From Micropepsales bacterium (GTDB taxonomy: Bacteria > Pseudomonadota > Alphaproteobacteria > Micropepsales > Micropepsaceae), in contig JBBQBL010000001.1 in NCBI GenBank assembly GCA_038317805.1, positions 1 through 47,299 of the forward strand: DNA of 47,299 bases. The letters are read 5' to 3'. The stretch's first letter is position 1; each line of letters begins with the position of its first letter. The notes below the pieces were generated by a model, which saw only the letters and a program-made list of their open reading frames with translations, searched no databases and had not been told where the DNA came from. The position numbers were made by a program, and so were the translations under genes. Below, piece after piece: positions 1 through 10,352 of the stretch.

Positions 1-147
1 CTGCAGAGCGCCTATGACGGCGCCGCGAAGGCCTTGCAGCGCCTGCTCGAAAGCACCCTGGGTCGGGCGCATGAGCACAAGGGCGCTGACTCCATCCGCA
101 CAAAGGAAATTCATCCCATGGTTGGCGCTGACCCGGACGAAAGCTAA
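1..147 (+). CDS. 3' end of a probable HPF/RaiA-like ribosome-associated family protein (partial)
   Basis: Frame 1 reads LQSAYDGAAKALQRLLESTLGRAHEHKG...DES then TAA at 145-147; resembles the C-terminal helix (AxDGAxxKLxRxLxSTLGR) of that family. Not in the ORF track because the start is outside the window. Confidence 0.5.
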   Translation: MQSAYDGAAKALQRLLESTLGRAHEHKGADSIRTKEIHPMVGADPDES

Positions 148-216
148 CCGCGAGCAGGGAACTCTGGAGCTCCTTGCGGCGTTGGTCTGGATATGTGGAC
201 TGGCTGGAGCCCAAAT

Positions 217-405
217 ATGCGCAATCTTCTGATGATCGGCCTTGGCCTGTGCGCCCTGGGCGCAATGTGGAAGGCCGAGGAAGAGGAAGAAGGCACGATC
301 ATCGCCCTGTCGCCTTTCCTGGCGGCATTGGGCATCGAGATTGGCATCTTCATGCTGCGTCGCCACCAGGGCTCGCTGCTGATGAAACCCCAGAGAGATT
401 ACTAG
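217..405 (+). CDS. small hypothetical membrane protein (62 aa)
   Basis: GGAG upstream of ATG 217; two hydrophobic segments separated by an EEEEE run. Confidence 0.45.
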   Translation: MRNLLMIGLGLCALGAMWKAEEEEEGTIIALSPFLAALGIEIGIFMLRRHQGSLLMKPQRDY

Positions 406-419
406 GCAGGATTATTGCG

Positions 420-635
420 ATGAGCAGCATCAAGAACCCCGATCACGAAGCGGAAAATCCCGCCCCCATGCCCCAAGGGCATAACGCCAAGATGCCTGAA
501 GGGCATAAATCCAAGATGGCCCCATTGCCGGACGCTGCCCCCGGCCTGGAGCAGGACGGCAAAGGCAATGTGATTCCCATGCCGCAGCGCACCAAAGACG
601 ATCAGGAAAAGGCGCGCAGCGGCCGCAAGGACTGA
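420..635 (+). CDS. small hydrophilic hypothetical protein (71 aa) with MPxGHxxK repeat
   Basis: AGGA upstream of ATG 420; 24-bp tandem repeat at 468-515 encoding MPQGHNAK/MPEGHKSK. Confidence 0.5.
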   Translation: MSSIKNPDHEAENPAPMPQGHNAKMPEGHKSKMAPLPDAAPGLEQDGKGNVIPMPQRTKDDQEKARSGRKD

Positions 636-690
636 CGCTGGTCCCGCCCCGGTTCTTCCACTAAGAAGGACAAAAAGGGGGAGGGGAAGG

Positions 691-1686
691 ATGCTACGGA
701 AAATCCTGCCGTTGTTGGCTGTGGCCCTGCTGGCATCGCCCGCTGCTGGCCGGCCGATTTTGTATGTCGCCAATAGTCAGGGCGACGACATCACAGTCAT
801 AGACCTGCCCACTCAAAAGATCCTGACGACCTTGAAAGTAGGCCCACTCGTGCATGGCGTGTGCGCGCAGGGCGATGGTCGGCGCGCCTTTGCCACCATT
901 GAATCCGAAAATGCGCTGAAGGTGATCGACACCAGGGCCAATGCCGTGATCGACACCATCGCGCTGCCCGGCCGCCCCAACGAATGTGCCGCCACCATCG
1001 ATGGGCATTATGTCGTCGTGCCGCTGCTGGCGCCCGCCAACAGCGCTGTCATCGTAGACATGACACAAAAGAAGATTGTCAAGACGCTGGAATTGCGCCA
1101 CCCGCACAATTGCTTCACGCCGGAGGGTGGCAGCAACACGGTGGTCTATTGCGAAGAGCGCGACGCCTATCGCATCAACCGCATTGACCTGACCAAGATG
1201 GAATATACCAACATGGTCAAGGTCGCGGGCGATCCCAGGCCGTTTGCTGTCACCGTGGACGAGAAGACGCTCTATACCGCGCTGAGTGGCCTGCACGGTT
1301 TTGCCACCATCGACATTCCGAACAAGATGATGACGCAGACCATCCTGCCGCCGATGCCCTGGATGAACTGCAAGGTCGAGCCGCCCAACACCCCGGTACA
1401 TGGCATCGGCCTGACGCCGGACGGCCGAAAATTGTGGGTCACCTCCGTTTCCGATGCCGGCATCTATGTTTATGACATTGCCAGCAAAACCCTGGGCAGG
1501 AAGATCACGGTAGGCGCATGCCCCAACTGGATCAGCTTCTCCATGGACGGAAAATATGCCGGCGTCAGCAACGCCGATACCGACGACACTTCGATCCTGG
1601 ATGTCAGGGCCGAAAAGGAAATCGCGCGCATCAAGGTCGGCAAGGCACCCAAACGGGTGCTTGTTATCGAAGTGCCGCAGGACTGA
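691..1686 (+). CDS. secreted YVTN/YncE-type beta-propeller protein
   Basis: Signal peptide; repeated LYVAN..D.ITVID, LWVTS and VGKAP-type blades; strong purine-rich RBS. Confidence 0.85.
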   Translation: MLRKILPLLAVALLASPAAGRPILYVANSQGDDITVIDLPTQKILTTLKVGPLVHGVCAQGDGRRAFATIESENALKVIDTRANAVIDTIALPGRPNECAATIDGHYVVVPLLAPANSAVIVDMTQKKIVKTLELRHPHNCFTPEGGSNTVVYCEERDAYRINRIDLTKMEYTNMVKVAGDPRPFAVTVDEKTLYTALSGLHGFATIDIPNKMMTQTILPPMPWMNCKVEPPNTPVHGIGLTPDGRKLWVTSVSDAGIYVYDIASKTLGRKITVGACPNWISFSMDGKYAGVSNADTDDTSILDVRAEKEIARIKVGKAPKRVLVIEVPQD

Positions 1687-1707
1687 TCAGACATGAAGGG
1701 GAATGGA

Positions 1708-3204
1708 ATGCGCAAACTGGTTTTCGCGCTGGCGGTGATGCTGGCATCTGGCGGCGCGTTGGCGGCCGATACGCAGAAGGATACTTCGATCCTGGACCGG
1801 CTCTATGCGGGGACCGGCGTCTATGACAAGTCCGCCGGTGCCAAGGTGCCCGGCTTTGTCTCCGACCCTGCCTGGCCGATGCCGTTGCCGCACAACTGGC
1901 TGCTGGGTCAGATCGGCGGCCTGTATGTCGATCGCCACGATCACATCTGGGTGCTCAATCGCCCGCGCAGCCTCACCAACGACGAAACGGGTCTGGAACC
2001 GGCCGTGCCGGGCGCCTTCGACGCCAAGAAGGTCCCGGTCAATGGCCTCGGCTTTGAACGTCCGCGCGGCCCAGCAGCCGATTGCTGCCTGTCGGCGCCT
2101 TCGGTGCTGGAGTTCGACGCAGCGGGCAAGCTGCTGCGCTCTTGGGGTGGTCCGTCCGATCCGGGTTGGCTGGCCCGCCACTGCAAGGCCGAGGACGGCT
2201 GCATCTGGCCCAATAACGAGCATGGCATCTATGTCGACGATCAGGACAATGTCTGGCTGGGCGGAAATACAGCCTATGGCGGCAAGCCGCCGGAGGAAGG
2301 CGGCACCGAAGCGGCCGGCACCGGCCCGCGCGCGCCCTGGGCGACCAACAAGAACGGCGCCGACGGCTTCGTGCTGAAGTTCGACATGGACGGCAATTTC
2401 AAGATGCGCATCGGCGGCACGCCGCAGGCGGTCGACAGCAACGACACCAAAGGTGGCATCAACGGTACCCCGGTCTTCTACCAGCCGGCCGACATGGTGG
2501 TCGATCCGGCCACCAACCGGCTCTATATCGCCGACGGTTATGGAAATCGCCGTATCGTCATCGTCGATGCGACCACCGGAAAATACATCGGTCATTTTGG
2601 GGCCTACGGAAACAGCCCCGTGGACGATGCGGCAGCCAAGGCGGCGGGCCGCTGGCCCGATGATGTGGCGCGCGGCAATCGCAAGCCGGCCTATTTCCGC
2701 AATCCCGTGCATTGCGTGAAAATCGCGGCCGACGGCAAGATATATGTCTGCGACCGGGGCAATGACCGCATTCAAGTGTTTGACAAGAACAGTCCGCAGC
2801 TGGGCAAGCCCTGCAGCAATCCCGGCGGCGACGCCGGCAAGTGCGGTTTCGTGGCGGAGCAGTGGATCAGCGCAAACACCGAAACTCTTCCGGTAATGCC
2901 CGGCACGGCAGTGTCGATGAACTTCTCCACCGACAAGGCCCAGAGCTGTCTGTATGTGGGCGACAACACCAACCAGACCATCTATCTGCTCAACCGTGCC
3001 AATCTGCAGGAGATGGGCCGTCTGGGCCGCAACGGCCGCAATGCCGGCCAGTTCCACTGGCTCCACCAGGTCAGCCTGGACAGCAAGGGCAACATCTATA
3101 CGGCTGAAGTCGATACCGGAAAGCGCATCCAGAAATTCGTCCGCTACGGCGCGACAGGATGCAGCGGGACCGGCTCGGTGACGGTGGGCGGCGCCAAAGA
3201 CTAG
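1708..3204 (+). CDS. secreted NHL-repeat beta-propeller (peptidyl-alpha-hydroxyglycine lyase-like)
   Basis: Signal peptide MRKLVFALAVMLASGGALA; NHL motifs YIADGYGNRRI, YVCDRGNDRIQVF, DSKGNIYTAEV. Confidence 0.85.
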   Translation: MRKLVFALAVMLASGGALAADTQKDTSILDRLYAGTGVYDKSAGAKVPGFVSDPAWPMPLPHNWLLGQIGGLYVDRHDHIWVLNRPRSLTNDETGLEPAVPGAFDAKKVPVNGLGFERPRGPAADCCLSAPSVLEFDAAGKLLRSWGGPSDPGWLARHCKAEDGCIWPNNEHGIYVDDQDNVWLGGNTAYGGKPPEEGGTEAAGTGPRAPWATNKNGADGFVLKFDMDGNFKMRIGGTPQAVDSNDTKGGINGTPVFYQPADMVVDPATNRLYIADGYGNRRIVIVDATTGKYIGHFGAYGNSPVDDAAAKAAGRWPDDVARGNRKPAYFRNPVHCVKIAADGKIYVCDRGNDRIQVFDKNSPQLGKPCSNPGGDAGKCGFVAEQWISANTETLPVMPGTAVSMNFSTDKAQSCLYVGDNTNQTIYLLNRANLQEMGRLGRNGRNAGQFHWLHQVSLDSKGNIYTAEVDTGKRIQKFVRYGATGCSGTGSVTVGGAKD

Positions 3205-3836
3205 GCCCGCTGCCGCCACGCCAGGGTTTGCAGAATCGCGGTGGCTGCGATGCAGATGGCCGCCACCGCGATGAAGGCTGGCTTGATTTCCTCGATGCCC
3301 ACCAGATAACCCAGCGTATGGAATGCCGCCAGCGTGAAGCAGGCATAATTCCAGCGCTGCCAGCCCTTCCATCGCGCAAGCCCCAGCCGCCGCAGCGACA
3401 GGTCGTTGGAGGTCGCCAGCAACACCAGCAGCACCAGCGCCGCGATCAGGCCTGTATAATTGGACAGGCCGAACACGTCATAACGCACCGGCATCACCTG
3501 CCATTTTTCATAGACGTAATAAAGCCATGGCCGCCAGCGCATGTGCACGCATTGGCCGATGCCGGCATGGAGTACCCCGACCATACCAGCCCAGATGCCG
3601 ATGTCGCGCCGCAAGTCGACCGACAGGGCATAGGATTTGCGCTGCAATGCCCGCCACGGTCCGATGATCAAAGTTGCTGCCAGCAGGACAAGCGCCGGCC
3701 AGGCAGTGGCAAAGCTCAGCCGCGTCAGCACATCAGGGTAAGGCCGGGTGACATAAAGTACGAACGCGCAAACAACAGTGCCCAGGGCCAGCGGCAGGTG
3801 GTGCCGCAAAAGGCGGCTGGCAAGTCGGGGCGTCAT
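3201..3836 (-). CDS. ferric-reductase-like transmembrane protein (MsrQ/YedZ-like)
   Basis: LRRDIGIW, LH, LLATSND..LRRLG..W motifs; several TM helices; ATG at 3836 overlaps the scoB stop (TGATG). Confidence 0.8.
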   Translation of the reverse strand: MTPRLASRLLRHHLPLALGTVVCAFVLYVTRPYPDVLTRLSFATAWPALVLLAATLIIGPWRALQRKSYALSVDLRRDIGIWAGMVGVLHAGIGQCVHMRWRPWLYYVYEKWQVMPVRYDVFGLSNYTGLIAALVLLVLLATSNDLSLRRLGLARWKGWQRWNYACFTLAAFHTLGYLVGIEEIKPAFIAVAAICIAATAILQTLAWRQRA

Positions 3837-4477
3837 CACAGTGCGCTGACGAACGCAGCCTTCGTCTTGGCCTTCACTTCGTCCAGCGTCACGCCTGGTG
3901 CCAGTTCGATCAGCGTCATCCCCGGCTTGCCCCGCTCCAGCGTGAAGACGCACAGATCGCTGATGATCATGTCGACGCATTGCGTCCCGGTGAGCGGAAG
4001 GTCGCAGTTCTTCAGGATCTTGGATTCGCCCGCCTTGTTGGTGTGCTCCATGACCACCACGATCTTCTTGACCCCTGCCACCAGGTCCATGGCGCCGCCC
4101 ATGCCCTTGACCATCTTGCCGGGGATCATCCAGTTGGCGATGTCGCCATTCTCCGACACTTCCATCGCGCCCAGCACCGACAGGTCAATGTGACCGCCGC
4201 GGATCATGGCGAAGCTGTCCGCCGAGGAGAAATAGCTGGTTATCGGCAGTTCGGTAATCGTCTGTTTGCCGGCATTGATAAGGTCGGGGTCTTCGTCGCC
4301 GGGATAGGGAAAGGGCCCCATGCCCAGCATTCCGTTCTCGCTCTGCAGCGTCACCTTCATGCCGTCGGGAATATAATTCGCCACCAGGGTCGGAATGCCG
4401 ATTCCCAAATTGACATAGAAGCCGTCCTGCAATTCGCGCGCGGCGCGAGCGGAGATTTCTTCGCGGGTCCAGGGCAT
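3836..4477 (-). CDS. scoB: 3-oxoacid CoA-transferase subunit B
   Basis: NLGIGIPT, catalytic [14 protein letters not shown] motifs. Confidence 0.93.
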   Translation of the reverse strand: MPWTREEISARAARELQDGFYVNLGIGIPTLVANYIPDGMKVTLQSENGMLGMGPFPYPGDEDPDLINAGKQTITELPITSYFSSADSFAMIRGGHIDLSVLGAMEVSENGDIANWMIPGKMVKGMGGAMDLVAGVKKIVVVMEHTNKAGESKILKNCDLPLTGTQCVDMIISDLCVFTLERGKPGMTLIELAPGVTLDEVKAKTKAAFVSAL

Positions 4478-4479
4478 CT

Positions 4480-5205
4480 TTAATTCCCTTCCGGGCGCGG
4501 ACGAGTGGTCACGCGCTCGATAAGTTTCTTGTAGTCCTTGCCCTGAAGAATTCGCTGCACATAGATGCCTGGCGTGTGGATCTTGTCTGGGTCCAGCTGG
4601 CCCGGCTCCACCAGTTCTTCCACTTCCGCGATGGTGATCTTGCCCGCCGTCGCCATCATCGGATTAAAATTCCGCGCCGTCTTGCGATAGACGAGGTTGC
4701 CTTCGGTATCGCCCTTCCAGGCCTTGACCATGGCAATATCGGCCCTGAGCCAGCGCTCGCGCACATAGGTCAGGCCATCGAAATCTTCCGTCGGCTTGCC
4801 GTCTGCCACCACGGTGCCAACGCCAGTGCGGGTGTAGAAGGCAGGAATACCCGCTCCGCCCGCCCGGATGCGTTCCGCCAGGGTGCCCTGTGGGGTCAGT
4901 TCAAGCTCCAGCTTGCCCGACAGAAACAGTTCCTCGAACAGCTTGTTCTCGCCGACATAGGACGAGATCATTTTCTTGATCTGCCCATTGTTCAGCAGCA
5001 CCCACAGACCCACCCCATCGGCGCCGCAATTGTTGGCGATCAGGGTGATGTTTCGGGTGCCGTCTTCCTTGAGCGCGGTGATCAGATTTTCCGGATTGCC
5101 CGACAGGCCGAATCCCCCGGACATCACGGTCATGCCATCAAAGGTCAGCCCTTTAAGGGCCGATGCTGCGTCGGGATATACTTTGCCTTGAGGGCTTGGC
5201 GCCAC
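4480..5205 (-). CDS. scoA: 3-oxoacid CoA-transferase subunit A
   Basis: [36 protein letters not shown] motifs; adjacent to subunit B. Confidence 0.93.
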   Translation of the reverse strand: MAPSPQGKVYPDAASALKGLTFDGMTVMSGGFGLSGNPENLITALKEDGTRNITLIANNCGADGVGLWVLLNNGQIKKMISSYVGENKLFEELFLSGKLELELTPQGTLAERIRAGGAGIPAFYTRTGVGTVVADGKPTEDFDGLTYVRERWLRADIAMVKAWKGDTEGNLVYRKTARNFNPMMATAGKITIAEVEELVEPGQLDPDKIHTPGIYVQRILQGKDYKKLIERVTTRPRPEGN

Positions 5206-5371
5206 GGATGGTCTCCTGATCCTTGCCGGCTAGTTCGCATTGCGGCGCGGGCGTGCGCAAGCGACAAAGAGGCGCGCTTGTAAGTCTCTGATTTATAATG
5301 TTTTGTGACGGTTCCTTGCCCCTGTCCCGGTGGGCCGTTACAACGCCCGCCAACCCAAAGAATCTCCTCCC

Positions 5372-7021
5372 ATGAGCGCGCCCAAGCAATCCCGACCCAA
5401 AGCCCGGCTGCCGCGCGGTTTCCGCGACCGCGGCGCCGCCGAGATCATGGCCGAGCAGAAGATGCTGGCCACCATCCGCGCCGTCTATGAAAGCTATGGC
5501 TTCGAGCCCCTGGAGACTCCGGCCTTTGAATATACCGACGCGCTGGGCAAGTTCCTGCCCGACGTGGAACGTCCCAATGCCGGCGTCTTTTCGCTGAAGG
5601 ACGATGACGAGCAGTGGATGAGCCTGCGCTACGACCTGACCGCGCCGCTGGCCCGCCACGTCGCCGCCAACTTCCAGCACCTGGCCAAGCCGTTCCGCCG
5701 CTACCAGACCGGCAGTGTGTGGCGCAACGAAAAGCCCGGACCGGGACGTTACCGCGAATTTACCCAGTTCGATGCAGACACGGTGGGAAGCGCTTCGCCG
5801 TCGGCCGACGCCGAGCTGCTGATGATGGTGAGCGATGTCATGGAAGCGCTGGGCCTGAAGCGCGGCGATTACATCATCAAGTTGAACAACCGCAAGCTGC
5901 TGGACGGCGTGCTGGAAGCCAGTGGCGTGGCGCTGGACGACAAGGAAAAGCGCGGCATCGTGCTGCGGGCAATCGACAAGATCGACCGGCTGGGCGTCGA
6001 AGGCGTGCAGGCGTTGCTGGGCGAGGGCCGCAAGGACGAGAGCGGCGACTTTACAAAGGGTGCGGGTCTCAATCCCGAACAGGCACATCGCATCCTGGCC
6101 TTTGTCGCACCCGATGCCAATGACGAGGAAGAGCATCTTCAGCAGATCGGCACGCTGATTTCGACCAGCGCCATCGGCGCGGCCGGCCTCAATGAGCTGG
6201 AACAGATCGTCAAGCTGCTGCAGGCCTGCGGCTATGGCCCCGACCGTATCCTGTTCGATACCGGCGTGGTGCGCGGGCTCGACTATTACACGGGCGCGGT
6301 GTTCGAAGCGCAGCTGACCTTCCCCATCCAGAACGAGGATGGCGAAGAGGTTGTATTCGGTTCCGTCGCGGGCGGCGGCCGCTACGACGACCTGGTCGCG
6401 CGCTTCACCGGCCAGGCCGTGCCGGCCACCGGCGTCTCCATCGGCGTGTCGCGGTTGATGAGTGCGCTTGCCTCGCGCGGTGCGCTGGCGGCGACCAAGA
6501 CGCCGCTGGTGGTGGTCACCGTATTCGACAAGGCGGAAGCCGCCGCGTCTTTCGCCATCGTGCAGGAACTGCGCGCCGCCGGCATCCGCGCCGAAGCCTA
6601 TGTGGGGAACGGCAAGATGGGCGACCAGTTCAAATATGCCGACAAGCGTGGCGCCGCTATCGCCATCATCGAAGGCGGCGACGAGCGCGCCCGCGACGAG
6701 GTCACCCTCAAGGACCTTGCACTGGGCGCCGAGCTGGCGAAATCTGTCGAACCCCGTGCCGAATGGGTCGTCAAGATGGGCGACCAGTTCAAATATGCCG
6801 ACAAGCGTGGCGCCGCCATCGCCATCATCGAAGGCGGCGACGAGCGCGCCCGCGGCGAGGTCACCCTCAAGGATCTTGCACTGGGCGCCGAGCTGGCGAA
6901 ATCTGTCGAAACCCGTGCCGAATGGGTCGGCAACCGCGAAGCCCAGAAAAGCGTGAAACGCGCCGATCTGGTGGCTGAAGTCAAAGCCATGTTGGGCCCC
7001 TCTTCAGGAAGCAAGCGGTAA
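5372..7021 (+). CDS. hisS: histidine--tRNA ligase with internal 53-aa duplication in the C-terminal domain
   Basis: [44 protein letters not shown] motifs; operon with hisZ and hisG. Confidence 0.96.
   Translation: MSAPKQSRPKARLPRGFRDRGAAEIMAEQKMLATIRAVYESYGFEPLETPAFEYTDALGKFLPDVERPNAGVFSLKDDDEQWMSLRYDLTAPLARHVAANFQHLAKPFRRYQTGSVWRNEKPGPGRYREFTQFDADTVGSASPSADAELLMMVSDVMEALGLKRGDYIIKLNNRKLLDGVLEASGVALDDKEKRGIVLRAIDKIDRLGVEGVQALLGEGRKDESGDFTKGAGLNPEQAHRILAFVAPDANDEEEHLQQIGTLISTSAIGAAGLNELEQIVKLLQACGYGPDRILFDTGVVRGLDYYTGAVFEAQLTFPIQNEDGEEVVFGSVAGGGRYDDLVARFTGQAVPATGVSIGVSRLMSALASRGALAATKTPLVVVTVFDKAEAAASFAIVQELRAAGIRAEAYVGNGKMGDQFKYADKRGAAIAIIEGGDERARDEVTLKDLALGAELAKSVEPRAEWVVKMGDQFKYADKRGAAIAIIEGGDERARGEVTLKDLALGAELAKSVETRAEWVGNREAQKSVKRADLVAEVKAMLGPSSGSKR
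6613..6929 (+). repeat. 159-bp in-frame tandem duplication inside hisS (6613-6770 / 6772-6929)
   Basis: Direct comparison of the two copies shows 4 substitutions; CGGCAA microhomology at 6610-6615 and 6928-6933, CGTCAA at the junction. Confidence 0.95.
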
Positions 7022-8145
7022 TGGCCGCGTTTCCCTATTACGACTCCAGCGCCATAGATGCGCTGAACGGGCAGGCTGTTGCCATGCTCAAATTGTTCGC
7101 GTCGCGTGGCTATGCCCGCGAGGAACCGGCAGTGCTGCAGCCGGCAGACATTTTCCTGGACCGTTCGGGCGAGGAAATTCGCCGCCGCACCTTCACCCTG
7201 ATGGATCCTTCGGGCCGCGATCTGTGCCTGCGGCCCGATCTTACCATCCCCATTTGCCGCGATGTCGTGCAGGCGGGGCGCAGTTTCCCGGCGCGCATTT
7301 CCTATAACGGCCTTGTGTTCCGCCATCAGCCAGGCGAACCGCAGCGCCCCACCCAATTCTTCCAGGCCGGCGTCGAACTCCTGGGCCAGGAAGACCGCGC
7401 CGCCGGCGATGCAGAAGTCCTGTCCCTGACCATCGAGGCGCTGCGCGCGGCGGGGTTGAATGACTTCTCGCTGCGTATTGGTGATCTGGCGCTGTTCAAC
7501 GCGCTGGTAGACAAGCTCGATCTTCCGCGGCAATGGCGTTGGCGCCTGAAGCGGCATTTCTGGCGTGCTGGCTATGTGGAAAGCCTGCTCTACTGGCTGG
7601 GCCATGGCGACCGCACGGCCAAGCTGCCGGGCACGCGTGCTGAGATTGAATCGCTTCTGGAAGCCAAGGCTGATGCGCCCGCTGGCGGACGCACGCGCGA
7701 GGATATCGTCACCCGCGCCATGGACCGCGCCGCCCAGGCCGCAGCGCTCAGGCTCGACCCGGCGGTGGCGGCGGCGATTTCGCGGCTGCTGGATATTTCC
7801 GGCCCGGCGGAAGCCGCCCTGATGCAGGTGCGCAGCCTGCTCAAGACCGCAGGCATCAATCTGGATTCCGAATTGTCGGCGATGGATGCGCGCATGGCGA
7901 CGCTCAAGTCGCTGGGTATCGACCCCACCCGGGTTCAGTTCACCGCACATTTCGGCCGCAACTGGGAATATTATACCGGCTTCGTGTTCGAGCTGTGGGC
8001 GCGCGACAGCGAAGGCCCGGTGCAGATTGCGGGTGGCGGCCGCTATGACACGCTGCTGGAAACACTGGGTTCCAAGCTATCCGTTTCGGCAATCGGCTGC
8101 GCCATCCGCACCGAGCGCGTGCTGGCCGTGAAGGGAGCGCAGTAA
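7021..8145 (+). CDS. hisZ: ATP phosphoribosyltransferase regulatory subunit
   Basis: HisRS paralogue motifs LRPDLTIP, QAGVELLG, YYTGFVFE, GGGRYD; between hisS and short hisG. Confidence 0.93.
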   Translation: MAAFPYYDSSAIDALNGQAVAMLKLFASRGYAREEPAVLQPADIFLDRSGEEIRRRTFTLMDPSGRDLCLRPDLTIPICRDVVQAGRSFPARISYNGLVFRHQPGEPQRPTQFFQAGVELLGQEDRAAGDAEVLSLTIEALRAAGLNDFSLRIGDLALFNALVDKLDLPRQWRWRLKRHFWRAGYVESLLYWLGHGDRTAKLPGTRAEIESLLEAKADAPAGGRTREDIVTRAMDRAAQAAALRLDPAVAAAISRLLDISGPAEAALMQVRSLLKTAGINLDSELSAMDARMATLKSLGIDPTRVQFTAHFGRNWEYYTGFVFELWARDSEGPVQIAGGGRYDTLLETLGSKLSVSAIGCAIRTERVLAVKGAQ

Positions 8146-8876
8146 TGGCCGCCCTAACACTTGCCATCCCGTCCAAGGGGCGCCTGAAGGATAATTGCAA
8201 CACCTGGTTCGCCGAACGCGGCGTGGTGATGGAGCAGACCGCCGGCGCGCGCGGCTATCGCGCCAGCTTCAACGGTTTCCCGGATATCGAAGTGATGCTG
8301 CTGTCGGCGGGCGAAATCGCCGCCTCACTGCTGACGGGTGACATCCATCTGGGCATTACCGGCGAGGACCTGCTGCGCGAAGAAGCCCCGGAACTGGACG
8401 GCCGCATGCACTTGGTCAAGGCGCTGGGTTTCGGCTTTGCCGACGTCGTGGTGGCCGTGTCGGAATACTGGATAGACGTTTCGACCATGGCGGACCTGGA
8501 CGACATCTGCGCCGCCTTTGCCGTGAAGAAGCGTCGCCGGCTGCGCGTGGCGACCAAATATGCCCAACTCACCCGCAGCTTCTTTGCCCAGGCGCGCATC
8601 TCGGATTACCGCATCGTGCCCAGCGCCGGCGCCACTGAAGGCGCCGTCGCGGCGGGAACGGCGGAAGTGATCGTGGACATCACCACTACGGGCGCGACCT
8701 TGCGCGACAATGGGCTCAAGGTGCTGGACGACGGCGTGATCCTGAAAAGTCAGGCGCAACTTACAGCCTCTATCACGGCGGATTGGACCGAAGAAGCGCG
8801 CGCCGCATGCCAGGCATTGCTGGCGCGGCTGGATCCGACCGCGCCGCTCTATGCCATGCTGGCCAAACAGCTCTAG
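8145..8876 (+). CDS. hisG: ATP phosphoribosyltransferase, short form
   Basis: AIPSKGRL, GITGEDLL, VATKY, IVDITTTGATLRDNGL. Confidence 0.95.
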   Translation: MAALTLAIPSKGRLKDNCNTWFAERGVVMEQTAGARGYRASFNGFPDIEVMLLSAGEIAASLLTGDIHLGITGEDLLREEAPELDGRMHLVKALGFGFADVVVAVSEYWIDVSTMADLDDICAAFAVKKRRRLRVATKYAQLTRSFFAQARISDYRIVPSAGATEGAVAAGTAEVIVDITTTGATLRDNGLKVLDDGVILKSQAQLTASITADWTEEARAACQALLARLDPTAPLYAMLAKQL

Positions 8877-8914
8877 GCAACCGCGCCAGTTAAGCCGCGC
8901 AGATGCGGGCGTCG

Positions 8915-10276
8915 TCAGGGGAGCTGGGCAGACCCCCGGATATCGGCGTCGCCGATATGTTCCTTCTTCCACCGCATGGCGGTCTGGATGCGCGTTCGGC
9001 CGGACGGGTGATCATAGAAGATCGCTTCTTCCCACGCACCCGGCTCCAGTTTGCGATAGGTGGACAGCTTGAGGGAAGTGGTTGCGAAGGCATCCGGCTT
9101 GCGCACGGCATTGAGACCAAAGATGTCTGCCTGTTGCTCGGTCGTCCGCACGATGGTGTTGGTGATAGGCGTGGCCAGGAAGAAAAACAGCGAAAACAGC
9201 GCCGATAGCAGCGGCAGTCCGGCAACGTCGCCTACATCGCGAACCTGCCAGTTGCCGCCGAATATTCCCGTGGCAATGCGAAATCCCCATGCCATGAAGG
9301 CAAAAGCGGCGAAAATGACCAGGCCGAACAGCAGCAGCAGCCGGGTCGTATGACCGAGCACGTAATGCCCCATTTCATGTCCCAGCACCGACATGATCTC
9401 GTCATGGCTGGACTGGTTGAGAAGATTGTCATTCAGCGAGATGCGCGTCGTGCCCATGAAGCCCGAGACATTGGCCGATATCTTGTTGGTCTGCTTGGAG
9501 GCATCAAACCAGTAGACATTTTCGGACGGCACGCCGTTGGCGCGCGCCATCGAAAGAATGTCGTGCTTGAGCGGGCCCTCCTTCAATGGCTCATAATGAT
9601 TGGTCAGCGGCGCGATGAAGACCGGGTAGACGATGATCTGGATCACCAGGAACGCCATGGTGATGCCGGCGCCCCATATCCACCAGGATTCGCGGGCCAT
9701 GCGAATGGCCGCATAGATGAACGGCAGCACGATCATGGCTGCGATGACGCTGACGGCAAAGCTGATGCCGAAGTCACCCAGCCAGGACACGAAGCTCTGG
9801 CTCGACAGGCCGTAGGCGTGCTCCCGGAAAAAACCTTCATAGACAGAGAGTGGGAAGCCAGCCAACGTGACCAGCGTCATGTAAACGGCCGCATAGATCG
9901 CGACCTCCAGGGTGCGGCTGCGGGTCTTTTCCTGGATCCAGTCGCGGATGCGCGCAGAAATCTGCAGCCACAGCAGAAGCGCCGCAACCACCAGGGCATA
10001 GATCAGGTCCACCACCTGCAACCCATAGCCGGCTTCGAAATAGGCGTCGGAATTTGCACGCGCCGCGCCATTGACCTTGGCCAGATAGGCTCGCGTGGCG
10101 GCTGCGGGATCGAAGGCCGGTGTCGTGTCCATCACGGGCAGGGTGGAAACCTGAACCTGGCTGGTGGGCGCCGCTCGCGGCCCGGCCTGGGGCCCCAAGG
10201 ACGGCTCCTGCGCGAAGGCCGGAACGCCAAAAGCAAGAATAAGCAGCAAGGCTGCCGCGATCTTTCGGATGGTCAT
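8915..10276 (-). CDS. M48 family (Ste24-like) membrane zinc metallopeptidase
   Basis: HEMGH zinc motif, EQQAD, YDHP; multiple TM helices. Confidence 0.9.
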   Translation of the reverse strand: MTIRKIAAALLLILAFGVPAFAQEPSLGPQAGPRAAPTSQVQVSTLPVMDTTPAFDPAAATRAYLAKVNGAARANSDAYFEAGYGLQVVDLIYALVVAALLLWLQISARIRDWIQEKTRSRTLEVAIYAAVYMTLVTLAGFPLSVYEGFFREHAYGLSSQSFVSWLGDFGISFAVSVIAAMIVLPFIYAAIRMARESWWIWGAGITMAFLVIQIIVYPVFIAPLTNHYEPLKEGPLKHDILSMARANGVPSENVYWFDASKQTNKISANVSGFMGTTRISLNDNLLNQSSHDEIMSVLGHEMGHYVLGHTTRLLLLFGLVIFAAFAFMAWGFRIATGIFGGNWQVRDVGDVAGLPLLSALFSLFFFLATPITNTIVRTTEQQADIFGLNAVRKPDAFATTSLKLSTYRKLEPGAWEEAIFYDHPSGRTRIQTAMRWKKEHIGDADIRGSAQLP

Positions 10277-10352
10277 GCGCGTTTCCCCGTGATGCCCCAG
10301 CCTAACAGGATTTCATGACAATCGAAGCGATTATTGCTGCTAATCTGGCACC

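Noticed and set aside
1687-3372. Long antisense ORFs (e.g. 1687-3372, 6598-7950, 17279-18859, 45661-46914)
   Set aside because: Shadow frames of well-supported genes in GC-rich DNA; no recognisable motifs.
5372-8876. Apparent second hisS copy
   Set aside because: It is HisZ; hisS-hisZ-short hisG is a normal alphaproteobacterial arrangement.
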